NCBI GenBank assembly: GCA_038087875.1
Contig: JAXLNO010004340.1
Coordinates: forward strand, 124,001 to 188,000
Origin: Malacoraja senta
Lineage: Eukaryota
Direction: 5' to 3'
DNA length: 64,000 nt
The position numbers and the translations under genes were made by a program. Shown here piece by piece: positions 36,627 through 50,880 of the stretch (position 1 is its first letter; each line of letters begins with the position of its first letter). The notes under the pieces are model-generated. The model searched no databases. It was not told where the DNA came from and worked only from the letters and a program-made list of their open reading frames with translations.

Positions 36627-38564
36627 ACCTTTCAGACAATATCTTCCAAGGCACAGGTTAGAAATCCATTAATAGTAGATTAATAACTTAATAACTGTTA
36701 TTAATAAATGTTGTCCATTAAGACTGGTGTGGCCAGACTTAACACTGCAGCACGAGCCCTTCTCTCTGCTCTTGCTGTGCTTACATTTGTTCTTCTTTCT
36801 GGCTCCTTATCTGGATTGTGGTCATTTCCATAATTATTTATCTTTTGAAAACAGTAAAGACAATACTTTTTCTCGACCTGAACGTCACCCATTCCTTCTC
36901 TCCAGAGATGCTGCCTGTCCCACTGAGTTACTCCAGCTTGTTGTGTCTTTCTTCGAAGACAATACTGCCCCGTGCACAACATAAGACAATTGATATTTAA
37001 AAAAAACCATATATGGGATATCTGGTGTGCTACATCTGAGCTGCAAATAGCCCCGTAACCGTCTCTATCCACATAAAAGCCGACCCTTGCTTTACCAATC
37101 ATTTAATTTCACGGTAATGTGTCCTCACTTGCAGGAAATATAGGGAACAACTTGGATTACAACTGTATTCAGCTTTCTCAATGGACAGCTTCCTGTTTTT
37201 ACTCGTGCCCATTGATAAAGAAAAGATCTCTCTTATGCAAGAGCCACATGGCTTACTGTTTCTCTTGCTTCTTCCCCGAAGTTATTTGTGAAATATTTCT
37301 TCTGTTTCCGCAATTGTCTGATCAACAGTTTGTGCCAGCTGCACAGGGTTTCACATCATAAAGGAAGTTGGAATTACCACAAGACTGGGATTTCATCGAG
37401 ACACCTTGTGTTTGCTGGAACTGACGTAGATGGATATTGTGCAAGTCAAACAGAAACATTTTGTACTGTGAACCGGGACTCACATCACACTGCTTTCCTG
37501 ACTATCTCACAACCAATTGTCATACTTTTTCTGCACTTTGCATAGTTTTTTTTTTTTTTAAACACGCTGCTCTGATTTTGTGGAAGATATATTTTTGAAT
37601 ATTACACCTGATTACTAAAATTATTTTGTGTTGATTTGTGCATTTTGATTCAACATATTCTGACACATTTCTTTACACCTTTCTTGTTCATTACGTTGAT
37701 GCTGTGTATTATATTTTAAAGAATATGAGGGGTTATGTCTGGTTGTGATAATTTAAGATACAACTGACATGAGAAAATAGATGCATCTCTATTTTTTCCC
37801 ATGATCAGACACATTTGAGGTTAATTTTAACTTTTTGCCAATAGTGTAAAGCAGGTGATAGCGTTCGGCTTCACGTTGTGCTACTGCTCTGATTTATCAT
37901 TTGATTTAATTCAGATTCTCATCGATTTAATATTTCTAATCATTTAACAACAATTCTCTTGCATTTGTGGCAATAAATTAGTTGGTAAATTTGCTGATGG
38001 GGATGAAGCTGTGCTGAGTTTGATCTAAAACAGAGGTTAGGTGGAGAGTATAAATACACGGATAAAACTGGATTCACAGGCTGAATATATCTCTCTGAAT
38101 GAAGGTCTCCCATTCACTAGGCAAGGCTGACAGAAGCCCGCGAGAAATGTCATAATTGGTGGTTTATGTAATTTCTCCAGAGATCCCCTTGAAGAAGGGT
38201 CTCGACCAGAAACAGGAAGGGTCTCAAACCAAAACATCACCCATTCCTTCTCTCCAGAGATGCTGCCTGTCCTGCTGAGTTACTCCAGCTATTTGTCTCT
38301 ATCCCCTTGAAGTTATGGTCCTACAGTGGATGAAATCTCCAGGGAATTCATATTCTACAATCATTTGCTTGTATTAATTTTTTTTTTAAGGAAACAATGT
38401 TTAATTCATTATACTAAAATAGAATGAAACCGATGACTGACATAGGACTCATACCTCAAATCAAAACTAACTTCCACATTTTGATAAAAGAATGTTTGTT
38501 TCGAACAAAAGAAAAGTTGTTTCGAATCCGTTTGAAAACGGAAGGCTCTTCCAGTTTCGACTTT

Positions 38565-38856
38565 GGACTTTAGAGATACAGTGCGGAAACTGGCCCTTCC
38601 GCCCCCTGAGTCTGGGCTGACCGGCAATCACCCCATACACTAATACTATCTTACACACTAGGGACAATGACATTTATTTTATGGAAGCCAATCAACCTAT
38701 AAACCTATTCGCCTTTGAAGTGTGGGAGGAAACCAGAGCAACCGGAGAAAACCCACACAGTCACGGGGAGAAAGTACAAACTTTGTACAGCGAGCACCCG
38801 TAGTCAGGATTGAAACCTGGTGTTTGGCGCTGGTGCAACTCTACCACTGTGCCGCA
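38565..38856 (-). mobile_element. V-SINE (HE1-like)
   Basis: Reverse complement of the 6091-type copy. Confidence 0.85.
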
Positions 38857-39644
38857 TTCTACAGGACTGTTCTATAATACAACATAGTTACCCTGGCTCT
38901 CTCTGATCTTCATATTATTTGTGACCTGGAATGTGGATGAGTGATTATCCACAATTGGTTGATGTCAGCAAACATGTACACATATGGATGCACACACAAG
39001 CACACACACAGATGCAGACATGCTTGCATCCGCTCACCCTCACACACACATGCACAAAATCACACACATCTTGTCACACATTTTCTTTTCAAGAAGCTCT
39101 TTATAAATGTATATTTTTAATATTATTATTTATTATAACCCTGTAAACTGAAATGACCTGATAAAATAATGTTATTACTGCATCGGTTGCTGTGGCTGAT
39201 CTCAAATAATTGACTAGATTAGCTCCTTATGTTTGATGGGTTAATTGGGGATAGAACATACTGCAGAAGATGAATTGCTAACACAGTGTTTAAATTGCTG
39301 GCAGTGTCTTGTTTGCAAAAAAAATCACATCTAAAAATAATCTTGTACTATTTCAAAATGACAGGCTGTATGGCGCTGGTATCAGCCTGCTACCTGAATT
39401 CACCAGCCACGCTGTTCGCAAGTCCCACTGCACACCTAGTTATGGGATATGTGTAGAAGGAACTGCAGATGCTGGTTTACGCCAAAAATAGACACAAAAT
39501 GCTGGAGTAACTCAGCGGGTCAGCATCTCTGAAGAAAAGGAATAGGTGACGTTTCAGATCGAGTGGGTTCAGTCTGAAGAAGGTTCTCGATCCAAAACAT
39601 GCCCTATTCCTTCTCTCCAGAGATGCTGCTAGACCCGCTGAGTA

Positions 39645-40687
39645 TAGGTATGTTACAATACTTACCTTCAGCGGTGCTGTAATTCTGCCACTGGCCGTGT
39701 GCGCGATTTTGGCGCCTTTAAGGGGGGGGCTGGGTTAAAACGCGGGTTTCTCCTACCTTGTCCTGTATTATATATCGTTGGAGTACAAGCGTTTGCTGAA
39801 AAATCGTTCCTAGGGGCGTTTTGTGTATTTTTTATTTTTATTAAATCGACAATGTCAGCGCTGGAGTCATTTTAAAAGCAGCTCCTAAAGCCGTCAACGC
39901 CGACAACGGGGACGGATTTCACATATGGGACAGGTAAATGAAAGTGGTTTATTTTAATGTATAAAAGTGCTTCTTAAGAAGCCTTTAATTCACATTTTTT
40001 CATGCGAAACGGTGATTTTATTCCCCGAACTAACGGCAGTATTTTTCATGCCAATACGGGGTTAAATTCACCGCAAATGAACGTTCCAAAAGATCGCGTT
40101 CCAGAAAACTTCACTCGCAAGATGATTTAAATGCCCATTAATTTACAGGTATTAAACATTCAATTCCTTCCATTTGGCCTGTAAATCCATGACAATGAGA
40201 TTTAAAAATTATGTTATATTGTGAATTCTTGTGTGAATGTTATTTGGACACTTAGGCTATTTAAAAATGTTAATCTATTCTTAAGAAATTGATAGATGTT
40301 TAGATCTATTAATTGCATTTTGTAATTAGCTACAATTAGGTAACTAACTAATTATATGTTTTAATTTCATGTCTTCTAAGTAAGATTGTTTCATATTTGT
40401 TTCAGAATGCTTCAATCTATAATAACTGAAAAATTCTTTCAGTTCTCTTAATTTTTAAGAAAGTTATGGGCTTTTGACTGTCCTCGATCACAGCTTTTGA
40501 GTTAAGTCAATGGAAAAGCAATAGGGAACAAGATGCTAATTTCCGAGTATGAAAATGGCCATAACTTTTTTAATACTGAAGATATGAAAGTGAATTAGGT
40601 GTCAAATTAAACTTCTTTTTATGCTTTATCTGATGGGATAAATTGTAGACTTTATTTTTAAAATCTCAAAATTTTGTAACATTGCTA
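39645..40687. mobile_element. Non-autonomous TIR DNA transposon, 1043 bp, copy 2 (inverted relative to copy 1)
   Basis: taggtatgttacaa / ttgtaacattgcta; TSD ctgagt(a/t) at 39638-39644 and 40688-40694; inside a fold-back Penelope repeat (~39455-40710). Confidence 0.9.
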
Positions 40688-40869
40688 CTGAGTTATTGTG
40701 TCTATCTTCTATGGGATGTGGTCTTCTGGATCCTGGCAGTATCCAGTAGCAAAGTCTCAGCAGACATTTGGTCTCATGTGACAGACCAGTGAGTCTATGT
40801 CCTAGGACATGTGAACAATTTAGACAAAAGGCACAGCTGCGTGGGCCCTGTGTCAAAGCTGTCCAGGGA

Positions 40870-41095
40870 CTAGGCAAAAGCAGAAAATGCTGGAAACACT
40901 CAGCAAAGTCAGGCAGCATCTGTGGAAAGAAAAACATAGTTAACGATTCTGGCCCAAGACCCTTTGTCAGAATCAGTTCTGATGAAGGGCCTACAACCTG
41001 AAACATTGTCAGTTTCTGCTTCAACAGATGTTGCCAGACGTGCTGAGAATCTCCACCATTCCCTGTTGTTGCTTAAGACTTCCAGCATCTGTTTT
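40870..41095. mobile_element. Older-family fold-back Penelope terminal repeat with hammerhead (CTGATGA variant)
   Basis: ttCTGATGAagggcctacaacctGAAAcattg at ~40977-41010, with an inverted copy upstream. Confidence 0.7.
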
Positions 41096-41132
41096 TTTTA
41101 AAGTTTTCATTTTCAAGGATTTTGACAGTTTT

Positions 41133-41812
41133 CCGCAGAGACCGCTCCCTCCGTGACTCCCTGGTCAATTCGGCCCTTCCCACCCAAACTATCCCCTCCC
41201 CTGGTACTTTCCCTTGCAATTGCAGGAAATGCTACACTTGTCGCTTTACTTCCCCCCTTCACTCCATCCAAGGACCTAAGCCGTCTTTCCAGGAGCAACA
41301 GAGGTTCACCTGCACCTCCTCCAACCTCATCTATTGCATCTGCTGCTCTAGGTGTCAGCTGATGTACATCGGTGAGACCAAGCGGAGGCTTGGCGATCGT
41401 TTCGCCCAACACCTTCGCTCAGTTCACAATAACCAACCTCATCTCCGGGTGGCTCAACACTTCAACTCCCCCTCCCATTCTGAATCCGACCTTTCTGTCC
41501 TGGGCCTCCTCCATGGCCAGAGTGAGTCCTACCGTATATTGGAGGAGCAGCACCTCATATTTCGCTTGGGAAGTTTACACCCCAGCGGTATGAACATTGA
41601 CTTCTCCAATTTTAGGTAGTCCTTGCTTTCGCCCTCTTTCCCCTCCCCTTCCCAGCTCTCCCACAGCCCACTCTCAGCCTCTTCCTTTCTTCTTCCTGGC
41701 CCCAACATCCCCACATCAGTCCGAAGAAGGGTCTCGACCCGAAACGTCAACCATTCCTTCGCTCCATAGATGCTGCCTCACCCACTGAGTTTCTCCAGCA
41801 TTTTTATCTACC
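41133..41812 (+). mobile_element. Penelope-like element 3' end with an open GIY-YIG endonuclease frame (to 41619)
   Basis: CNCRKCYTC; NLIYCICCSRCQLMYIGETKRRLGDRFAQH; EEQHLIFRLGSLHPSGMN. Hammerhead ~41720-41750. TSD tttgacagtttt at 41121-41132 and 41813-41824. Confidence 0.95.
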
Positions 41813-42214
41813 TTTGACAGTTTTAAATGTCTCTGGCATTAAAATAGCTGGAAGTAATTTAAAAACAGTTTTAAAATCAAAGATAAAGTCAATTGAAATC
41901 ATGAAATCACTTTAAAATCATTAAAAACATAAAAGTAAGACAAATGAATTTAAGGGGTCACTTCCTTTTACTATTTTTCAGGGTGAAAATAATCATTTAA
42001 AACATTCAATTTCTGAAGAAGGGTCCAGACCCGAAACATTGTTTGTAAATCTTCTCCACAGATGCTGCCGAACTTGCTGAGGTCCTCCAGCATTTTGTGT
42101 TTGCATTAGCCTGCAGTTCAATAATAAACTATGGAGATAGATGTGAGCACATATGTCAGGCAGTAAATCTCAGACCCAGAGCAGGCGTGTGTAAGCTCAG
42201 GTATAACGTGAAGT

Positions 42215-42635
42215 TGTATGGCATGGAAATGGGCCCATCAGCCCACTGAATCCACGCCGATCATTGCACACCCATTTTATCAGACGCCATTTTATTCTTA
42301 TTACATTCCCGCAAATTTTCCCTGTATTCCGCCACTCATCTATATACCGGGGGCTATTCACAGTGGCCAATTAATCTTGCAACCCACACACTTTGTACAC
42401 TTGGCACCTAATCTAGGATTGTGTTTAATGTATAGTAATATTCTGTTGAACAACATGCTAAAAAAAAACACTGTTCCTCAGTACATGTGACAATAAAGAT
42501 CCATTGAACCTTTGGGACTTGGGACGAAACTGATGGACTCAAGGGAAAATCCACGCAGTCATGGAAAGAACATGCAAACTCCACACAGGCAGAACCAGAT
42601 ATTACAAATGAATCTGACTGTGCCACCATGCCACC
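42215..42635 (-). mobile_element. Degraded V-SINE with internal LINE-tail insert
   Basis: Reverse-complement SINE tail and head remnants. Confidence 0.55.
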
Positions 42636-42904
42636 CTATCTTCTGTATGAATAGTTCATTTTTAACAGCCAAGCACAGCCAGCACATTTCATCTCACTAA
42701 GCCAATTATTCATTCCAAAAGGAGAAAGTAAATATATGCCTTTTACATTCAATGTCATCATTATTGCTGAGACTCTGCTATCAGCATCTGATGAGTCACC
42801 ATTGACCCGAAACTCAGCTGGACTAGCCCCATAAATATCATGCTTGCAACAGATCAACAGAGGCTGGATATCCACTGGCAAGTGACTCCTGATACCCAAA
42901 AGTT

Positions 42905-43230
42905 CATGTCTATAAGTTCTAGGAGCAGAATTAGGCCATTTGGCCCATCAAGTCTACTCTGCCATTCAATCATGGCTGATCTATCCTCCCTTCTCAACCT
43001 CATTATCCAGCCTTCTTCCCATAACTGCTGACATCCGTACTAATCAAGAATCTATCTATCTCTGCCTTAAATGCACTATTAAAAATATCCAATGACTTGG
43101 CCTCCACCACCCTCTGACTAAAGAAATTGCTCCTCATCTCTTTCCTAAAGAAACGTCCTTTTATTCTGAGGCTATAACCTCTGGTCCTAGATTCTCCCAA
43201 GAGTGGAAACATTTTTTTCACATCCAAAAG
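42905..43230 (-). mobile_element. CR1 3' fragment
   Basis: LDVKKMFPLLGESRTRGYSLRIKG. Confidence 0.85.
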
Positions 43231-44869
43231 CCTCTCATTTTCAATTATGCACAAGTTAGTTGTGTGGTGGAACGCTTCCCTGGAAGAGTGCGACTCCGAT
43301 AACGTTGAAGAACATGACAAAGCCGTGACTCCCTTCACCACAATCACACAATGGCTACATGATGCACCAGCTACAAATTGCTCTGCCGATTACTTCCCTC
43401 AGCTGCTCCAACTTCCCAACCACTGTACCAAAGAGGACAAGAGCAGCAGGCACTGAGAATCCCATGACTTGCAGGCTCCCCTACTTCCCCAAGTACAGGT
43501 GTCTGGGGTTATGGGGAGAAGGCAGGAGAATGGGGTTGGGAGGGAGAGATAGATCAGCCATTATTGAATGGCAGAGTAGACTTGATGGGCCAAATAGCCT
43601 AATTCTGCTTCTATCATTTATGATCTTATATGTAACACATCATTTTAACTTGGAAATATATCACTGCCCTTCATCTCCAATTTTCATACAGAGGGTGGTG
43701 AGTGCCTGAAACGTGCTGCTAGGGTTGGTGGTTGAGGCAGATTCAATAGTGCATTTAAGAGGCTTTTGGATAGATACATGGATATGCAGGGTATGGAGAG
43801 ATGTGGATTTAGCACAGGTAGATCAGAGATGGTCTTGGCATCATGTTTGGTATAGACATTATGAACAGTGCTTGTTCTTTGTTCAATGCATCTAAATCCT
43901 GAAACCCCCTCACCAACAGCACTGTTTGAGTACCTACATTACGAGATTTACAATAAGGCACGGGCAGTAAATGCTGGCCTTACTAGTGATTCCTGCCATA
44001 AAAAAATGAATACAAGACAAATAACACAACAAATCATAAAGGGAAATTTGTTGAATGTGAATAGCTATTACCCAAGCTACATGAATGGAATGAACCAATT
44101 GTTCTGTTATCAGCATAATATAAATGGTATTGCATTTGTATTTCATATTAAAAGTAATTAAAATCAAAATATGAAAAGCTGTGAAAGTCAAGAAATTGGA
44201 TCTGCAAGAGACCAGTTTTATGTATAAAACATTCACAAAAGTAGTTTTGCCCAGGTCAGATTGCAAGAGCAATTCTTCCTGAATGAAATTACACCCACTG
44301 GGAAATTGGCCCAGGCACAAATCAATTTAGCAAGGCTGACATTTCTCTGGCACTGGCCGTGCATCTAATGACATTACATTTCCTTCCTTGCTGGCATAAA
44401 GTGGAGCTTTTGAGCGCAACCCATGACCTTGGCTGAACAGTCACTAAAAACTGAGAGGCAACTCCTGCTTATGTGTTGCATGTGTGTCCACTGCTGACGA
44501 CGGGATACCTGACCGGACACCTTCACAGCCGATTGTAGTTCCTAGAGAGCGAGGCAACACATGAGGCTGATTTGGTCACAGCATTTAGCTGCTAAGGTAC
44601 TCGTAAAGGTTGACCTCAGTGATCGCTGAGCTGGCAGTTTTCCACTATTTTCCCTAGAATGACGGAGGCTGAGGGGAGACTTGATACAAATGTTTTAAAT
44701 TGTGAGAGGCACAGATAGGGTAGACCTTTTTTGCAGAGGGGGGGGATATCAAATATTCCAGGGTGTAGCTTCAAGGTCATTGGGGAAAGTCTAAAGGATT
44801 GGCATCATGTTTGGTGCAAACATTGAGGGTCAGAGGGCCCATTCCTGTTCTGTACTGATCTATGTTCTA

Positions 44870-45220
44870 AAAGGCTGCCAGCATCATCAAGGATTCACAC
44901 CATCCTGGCCATTCACTCATCTCCCCGCTGCCTTCAGGTAGAAGGTACAGGAGCCTGAAATCTGCAACATCCAGGTTCAGGAATAGCTACTTCCCCACAG
45001 CCATCAGGCTATTAAACTCAACTCAAACAAAACTCTGATCATTAATAGCCCATTTCACTTTATCTGTTTATTTATGTGTGTATATATATATTCATTGGTA
45101 TATGGTCACACTGATTTGTTCTGTTCTGTATTTATTTATGCCTACAATATTCTGTTGTGCTGAAGCAAAGCAAGAATTACATTGTCCTAGCTGGGATACA
45201 TGACTATAAACTCTCTTGAG
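44870..45220 (+). mobile_element. Rex1/Babar LINE 3' end; empty-site paralogue of the DIRS target
   Basis: Near-identical to the reverse complement of 17264-17460 plus 12258-12450; nested in an older CR1 (~44645-45475). Confidence 0.9.
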
Positions 45221-45550
45221 ATGTTCAGGATGGGATTTTTTACACGGAGAGTGGTGGGTATCTGGAGCGTGTAGCCCGGGGAATGATAGTGGAAGTAGAT
45301 ATGATCATGCTGTTTAAGAGACTTTTAGATTGGCTCAAGGATGTGCGGGGAATGGAGGGATATGGGTCACATGAAGGCAGAAGGGATTAGTTTAATTTGA
45401 CATCATGGTCGTGCACAGACATTGTTTGCCGAAGGCTTGTTCCTGTGCTGTACTGTTCTATGTTCTGTGTTCTATTACTGGCGGCTTTAGTAAAATATTT
45501 TTTTATTTAAGTACTTTAAATTTACATATCAACTGAACAGTAGCAAGCGC

Positions 45551-45860
45551 TGGGTGGCACAGTGATGCAGTGGTAGAGCTGCTGCCTCATAGCACCAGAG
45601 ACCCAGGTTTGATCCCGACCTTGGGAGCTGTCTGTGGGGAGTTTGTAAGTTCATCCCGTGAACTCATGGGTTTTCTCCGTTTGCTCCGGGTTCCTCTCAC
45701 GTTCCAAAGAGGTGCAAGATTGGCTTCTGTAAATAACCCTTAGTATGTAGGATGTGAATGTGGGATCACATAGAATAGTGTACGGGTGATCGATGGTCGG
45801 CCTGGGCTCAGTGGGCTGAAGGGCCTGTTTCCAGGCTCTATCTCTAAACTAAACTAAACA
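45551..45860 (+). mobile_element. V-SINE (HE1-like)
   Basis: Head, V-domain, (taaac)n. Confidence 0.85.
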
Positions 45861-47249
45861 CAATGTGACTGATGTCAGTACCAACAATGTCTCTCCTGAA
45901 TTTAAGATTCTTATGCCAGAAACAATCCAGGTCACGATGCAGCAGCTGTTTGCCAAACACTGAGGCCTCAGCATTAACTGCTGCACTCTGCACAACCTAG
46001 CAGGCAACACTCATGGTGTGGAGATAAACAGCCCAACGTGCTTGAAGTGTAGGCTGAAGAACAACAGGAATAAGAGGAGCAGGAGGATGAGCGGAGGAGC
46101 AGAAGGCCACTGAGGTATGTCCCAGCAGAACAAGTCCAACCTTATTTCTCAAGGGGACACAAGGAACTGCAGATGCAGGTTTACAAAAAAAAAAGACCCA
46201 TTGAGTTACTCCAGCATTTTGTGTCATTTTTTACTTTCCAAGGCAGCACTGGTAGGTTACTATTGTAATAAGTGACAAAAGATACCAAATGGGGAGTTTA
46301 TGGGCATGTGAGCGACAATAAATTGCATGTCTGTAGGAAAATACTGTGGCAGGATTAGCAGTGTGAATAATAGAAGTTCTCTGCTGGGAGCTGGTTTGGA
46401 CCCAGTGGGCTGAATGGCTTGTTATCAAAGTGATAACAAAGTGAAAAGGAAAGCAACAACTGGTGGGCAATTAGGGACTTCCACATACATAGACATTTTT
46501 CATAAGAAGCCTGCTAAATAATACTTCTCAATCCTAAAATGTGACTTTGTACCTCACTTAAATCCTCAACACCAATAAAGCTTGCCAGTAATTAGCTGTG
46601 AGCAACTTCTTGACACATATTAATCCTTTATTACCTGATTTGCTGGATTATTTATTCCAATTGTTATGCATCAATGAATGAAACCAGGATAGAAGGAATT
46701 GGTGATGTTTCGGGTTGAGACCCTTCTTCAACCCGAAACGTCACCCATTCCTTCTCTCCAGAGATGCTGCCTGTCCCGCTGAGTTACTCCAGCATTTTGT
46801 GCCTATCTTCGGTGTTATATTTTAACATTAAATTTATATGTGCATTGTTTAAATGAGTGGGAATTCTCACATCTTGAATTATTCTTCTTATTATTTAATT
46901 ATTATTTGGAGTCACCCCTTGCCACATCTTTCCAAGTTGATCCTTGGAGATATACCGGCCTAGTGGGCACACAGAGCCACCCTGCAGGTACTTACACCAC
47001 AGTTGGGAATTCCAGATCCCTTTCACTGAAACCTGTGGTATTTTTCCAGGAGTTTCTCTCTCCTCCATTGCAACCTTAGTGTGTGCTGCAGGGGGGTTAG
47101 CTGTAATGGGCAGTATCCAATCTACAAAATCTCTCCAAACATGCCAGCTGTCTCTTTCCAGGAATCAATTTGGCAATTTGTCATCCCAACATATCTGAAA
47201 TAAGTGTATCCTTCTACACGGATGAGAAAACCAAAACTATACGGGGAAA

Positions 47250-47520
47250 ACGGGGAGGGAAAATATTTAACAGGAATCTGTGGGGTGACTTTTTCGTACA
47301 AAGGGCTGTGGGGTGTATGGAACGACCTGCCAGAGGAGGTAGTTGAGGCAGGGACTATCACAACGTTTAAGAAACAATCAGACGGGTACATGGATAGGAC
47401 AGGTTTAGAGGGATATGAGCCAAATGCAGGCAGGTGGGACAAATGTAGCTGGGGCGTGTGGGCAAATTGGGCTGAAGGGCCTGTTTCCACACTGTATCAC
47501 TCTATGATTATATGACTATA
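47250..47520 (+). mobile_element. CR1 3' fragment
   Basis: GVWNDLPEEVVEAGTITTFKK; (tatgac) tail. Confidence 0.85.
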
Positions 47521-48347
47521 CCCAGGTATGGTTTCATGAGCACTTTGTATGTCTTGTTAGACATTTTTGAATGGTCAGCAGCAGAAAACCTATTTCCGAA
47601 CAGCATCAGTGCTTTGTATTCTGCTCTCAAAGTCAATCAAGTAAAATTCAGAAGCAGGGAACAATGTGCTGATGTTACCATACACACATTTAGCACTGCA
47701 GATCAGGGATGAATTTCGAGACAACCCTCTCTTATTCCACTGCCATTTGCAGTGGAAGATAACATTTCATATGCATTCCTAATTTCCAGCTATATCAGCA
47801 TGTTCATTCTTAGCTCCAGTAAAAGTCACTGGGAAGCAATTTTTCATACTGTCATCTAAATCATTTTCAATTTTCAATGTATTTCACCGAGTTCACGTCT
47901 TCAAGTGTGACAAAAATAACCTGTGATGCCCTGTGAATATTAAGAGGTCACAATCGAACAACCACAGGCGCATCGGAGCAAATGTGTGAGCTGACCTGTG
48001 GAGTTGAGCTCTTGCCTGGGATGAGCCTGGGACGTGTTTACACACATGCATTTGTATTTATGTATAACTTCAATCAAATGAAGCATCCCCATCACAATCC
48101 CAAAAATGTCAGTAAGCGTTTCAGAATACTATTTACAATAAATAGTGTTTGCTTAATTCAGTGGCTGTAAATAGTCTTCTCTGCTTTTTTCCCCCCTAAA
48201 ATGTCTTCTATGATTGTTAAAAAACAACATGAGTGTCTTAGATGGACCAATTACTGGGACACTTCTTTATCCTACAATTATATCTAGAGCTGTTTTGTAT
48301 ATCATATACAACATACTTATTGAATAGATGAGAAGGCCTAATGCGAT

Positions 48348-48636
48348 GTTTAGTTTAGTTTAGTTTAGATACAGCGCGGAATCAGGTCCTTCGGCCCACC
48401 AAGTCCACACTGACCAACAATCCCCGCACACTAATGCTATCCTACACACGCTAGGGACAATTTACATTTATACCAAGCCAATTGACTTACAAATCTGTTT
48501 ATCTTTGGAATGTGGGAGAAAACCAAAGAACTCGGGAGAAAATAACGTAAAACTCTGTACAAACAAGCACCCATAGTCAGGATCGAACCCGGGCCACTGC
48601 AAGGCCATTGCTCTACCGCTCTGCCACCATGCCGCT
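48348..48636 (-). mobile_element. V-SINE (HE1-like)
   Basis: Reverse complement with (gttta)n. Confidence 0.85.
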
Positions 48637-49169
48637 TGTTATTTAATTGAAGGGACCTTTTATTTTTGCCCAGATGGTATTTATTTTCTGAGGCTCATAG
48701 CTATCTGGTTTGGTGAACATTTCTACTCAATCATTTAGGGATTTCCTGAACACGATCCAATTTTGCAAGGATAAAGAAGATGCATACAGATGTTACTTGC
48801 CTGTTTGTGTACAGATAAATGAGAACCCACAATAGCCTTTACCCCAAACTGCCTCCAGAAGAATTGCTGCACAGTTAATCTTCCTTAAGTGCAAAGTTGC
48901 TTGGACAAGTTCCATTAAAACCAACCACTAAAGATATAAATTAAAACGAAAAGTGCTGGAATTACTCGGTAGGTCAGGTGGCATCTGTGGAAAGAGAAGC
49001 AGAGTTAATGTTTCAAGTCAAAAACCTTTTATCAGAACCATTGAAGAGAGAAAAGAAGAAATGCTGTGGGAATACCTTATGATTATTCCGGTTAACTCTG
49101 GCCTTACACTATCAGAAACATAACATTTGTCTTGTCTGTCCACTCCCTTACCTTCTTTGCAACTTTAAC

Positions 49170-49484
49170 TAGTTTAGTTTAGTTTAGTTTAGAATACAGC
49201 ACATAAACAAGCCCTTCGGCCCAACGAGTCCATGCCGACCAGCGATCCCTGCACATTAAACTATCCTACATACACCAGGGACAATTCACAATTATACCAA
49301 GTCAATTAACCTGCAAACCTGTACGTCTTTGGACTGTGGGAAGAAACCAGTGAACCCGGAGAAAACCAACATAGGTCATGGGGAGAATGTACAAACAATG
49401 TACAGACAAGCACCCGTAGCCAGGATCGAACCTGGGTCTCTGGCATTGTAAGGCAGCGATTCTTCCGGTGTTTCACTGTGCCGA
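49170..49484 (-). mobile_element. V-SINE (HE1-like), inside an old fold-back Penelope repeat (~48940-49605)
   Basis: Reverse-complement SINE flanked by actagttt on both sides. Confidence 0.85.
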
Positions 49485-50324
49485 CTAGTTTTTCATTCTT
49501 TCCCAGTTTTTGATCTAAAAGATTAATTCTGTTTCTCATTCCACAGACGTTCCTTGACCTGCTGCTTGTCTCCAGCACTTTCAGATTTCTAGCATCTACA
49601 GCTTATTTTAAATCCCACTTATTATTGAACATTTTAAATACAGCGGCATAATAATTCTCTGATTGTGTTGCATTATTGATTGGGATATGAACATTTGAAG
49701 GTAACAAAGCTGATTTTTCAGGGAAATATTGGCATTTCCCAGCCTAACTGAACAACTTCAGGGATTTCCCAGCAAACACAAAAGTGCTGAAATTGCAGTC
49801 AATTGTTTGCTGATCCTATCCTCTGACTCTGGAATATGCGTGGAGTCAAGAGACAGATTTCAAAGTTGCAGCAATTCCCACATCATTTACATCTGCATGG
49901 TTCAGCATTGATTTTAATGGAGCAAAACAGCTCTGAAGGGCCATGGTAAGTATTGGCTAATTTAGACATTTTTTAATAGTTTCTTGAAATATTTGGGGAA
50001 TTAAGATGTTTTAAGTGATTTTCCAGTGTTTTTCATTGTTTTTATTGAGCTTTAATTAAAAATATATATTATTTCAGAATCTTCCATCTTTTGCCTTTTT
50101 CCAATGGTTTTAAATGTCAAACACTTTCAGTGTTTTAACAGCCATGTGATTAGTTAAACTAAGGGGTATGATTTACAGCTTTGAAAATCTTTCAGTTGAG
50201 CAAGACTTATTCCACCAACCCACAGATATCACCCACCAACCCTTTCCTAATGTAGCCCTAGTCACAGTTACCTCCAACACTATCCCATACTACATCATGG
50301 AAATCTCTGCACTGGTGCAATGGT

Positions 50325-50880
50325 TCAATGTGCTTTATTGTCACATGTGCAAAATACGGTGAAATTCTTTATCGAGTCGCCAGATTTAGAGCCATTTCCA
50401 AAGTCGCTAGGACTTATGGAGCACACTAGGACTTATGGAGCGGCATTGAACCAGGCGAGCTCCAGGCTGCTGCAGGGCCTCCATCAGATGCGTTCCTCTG
50501 GATCATTCAGCTAACAGACCGTCCCTCTCCTCGCCTGGTTACCTTTGCACCACGGGGCCACCTCCCCTACCTAACCTTGAGGGCTAGGAAGGTACGACAG
50601 TTCACTTTCCTTCCAGCCCCTTGGGACCTTTGTTGCCAGCTCCCTGCTCTTTGGTTCTCTGGTCTTCGGCGGACGGGCTGGGGTCGGGCGCGGTGGTTTT
50701 CTCCCTACAGGCTGAAGCCCGCTAGGTCTTTCTGCATATGTCTGCGTGGTCCGCCGAATCTTTCCAGGTGGGTTCCCGCTTCCATGGCAGGCGAGCCAGG
50801 CTTGCTGTCAAGCATGGCTGCAATTCACCGGGATCCTTCTGCCACGTGGCAGAATTTAGCTGTGAGACATAGAGCCAGGT
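50325..50880 (-). mobile_element. GC-rich non-autonomous retroposon-like segment with Rex/Babar-type tail
   Basis: ctttattgtcacatgt tail followed by CpG-rich non-coding sequence. Confidence 0.45.
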
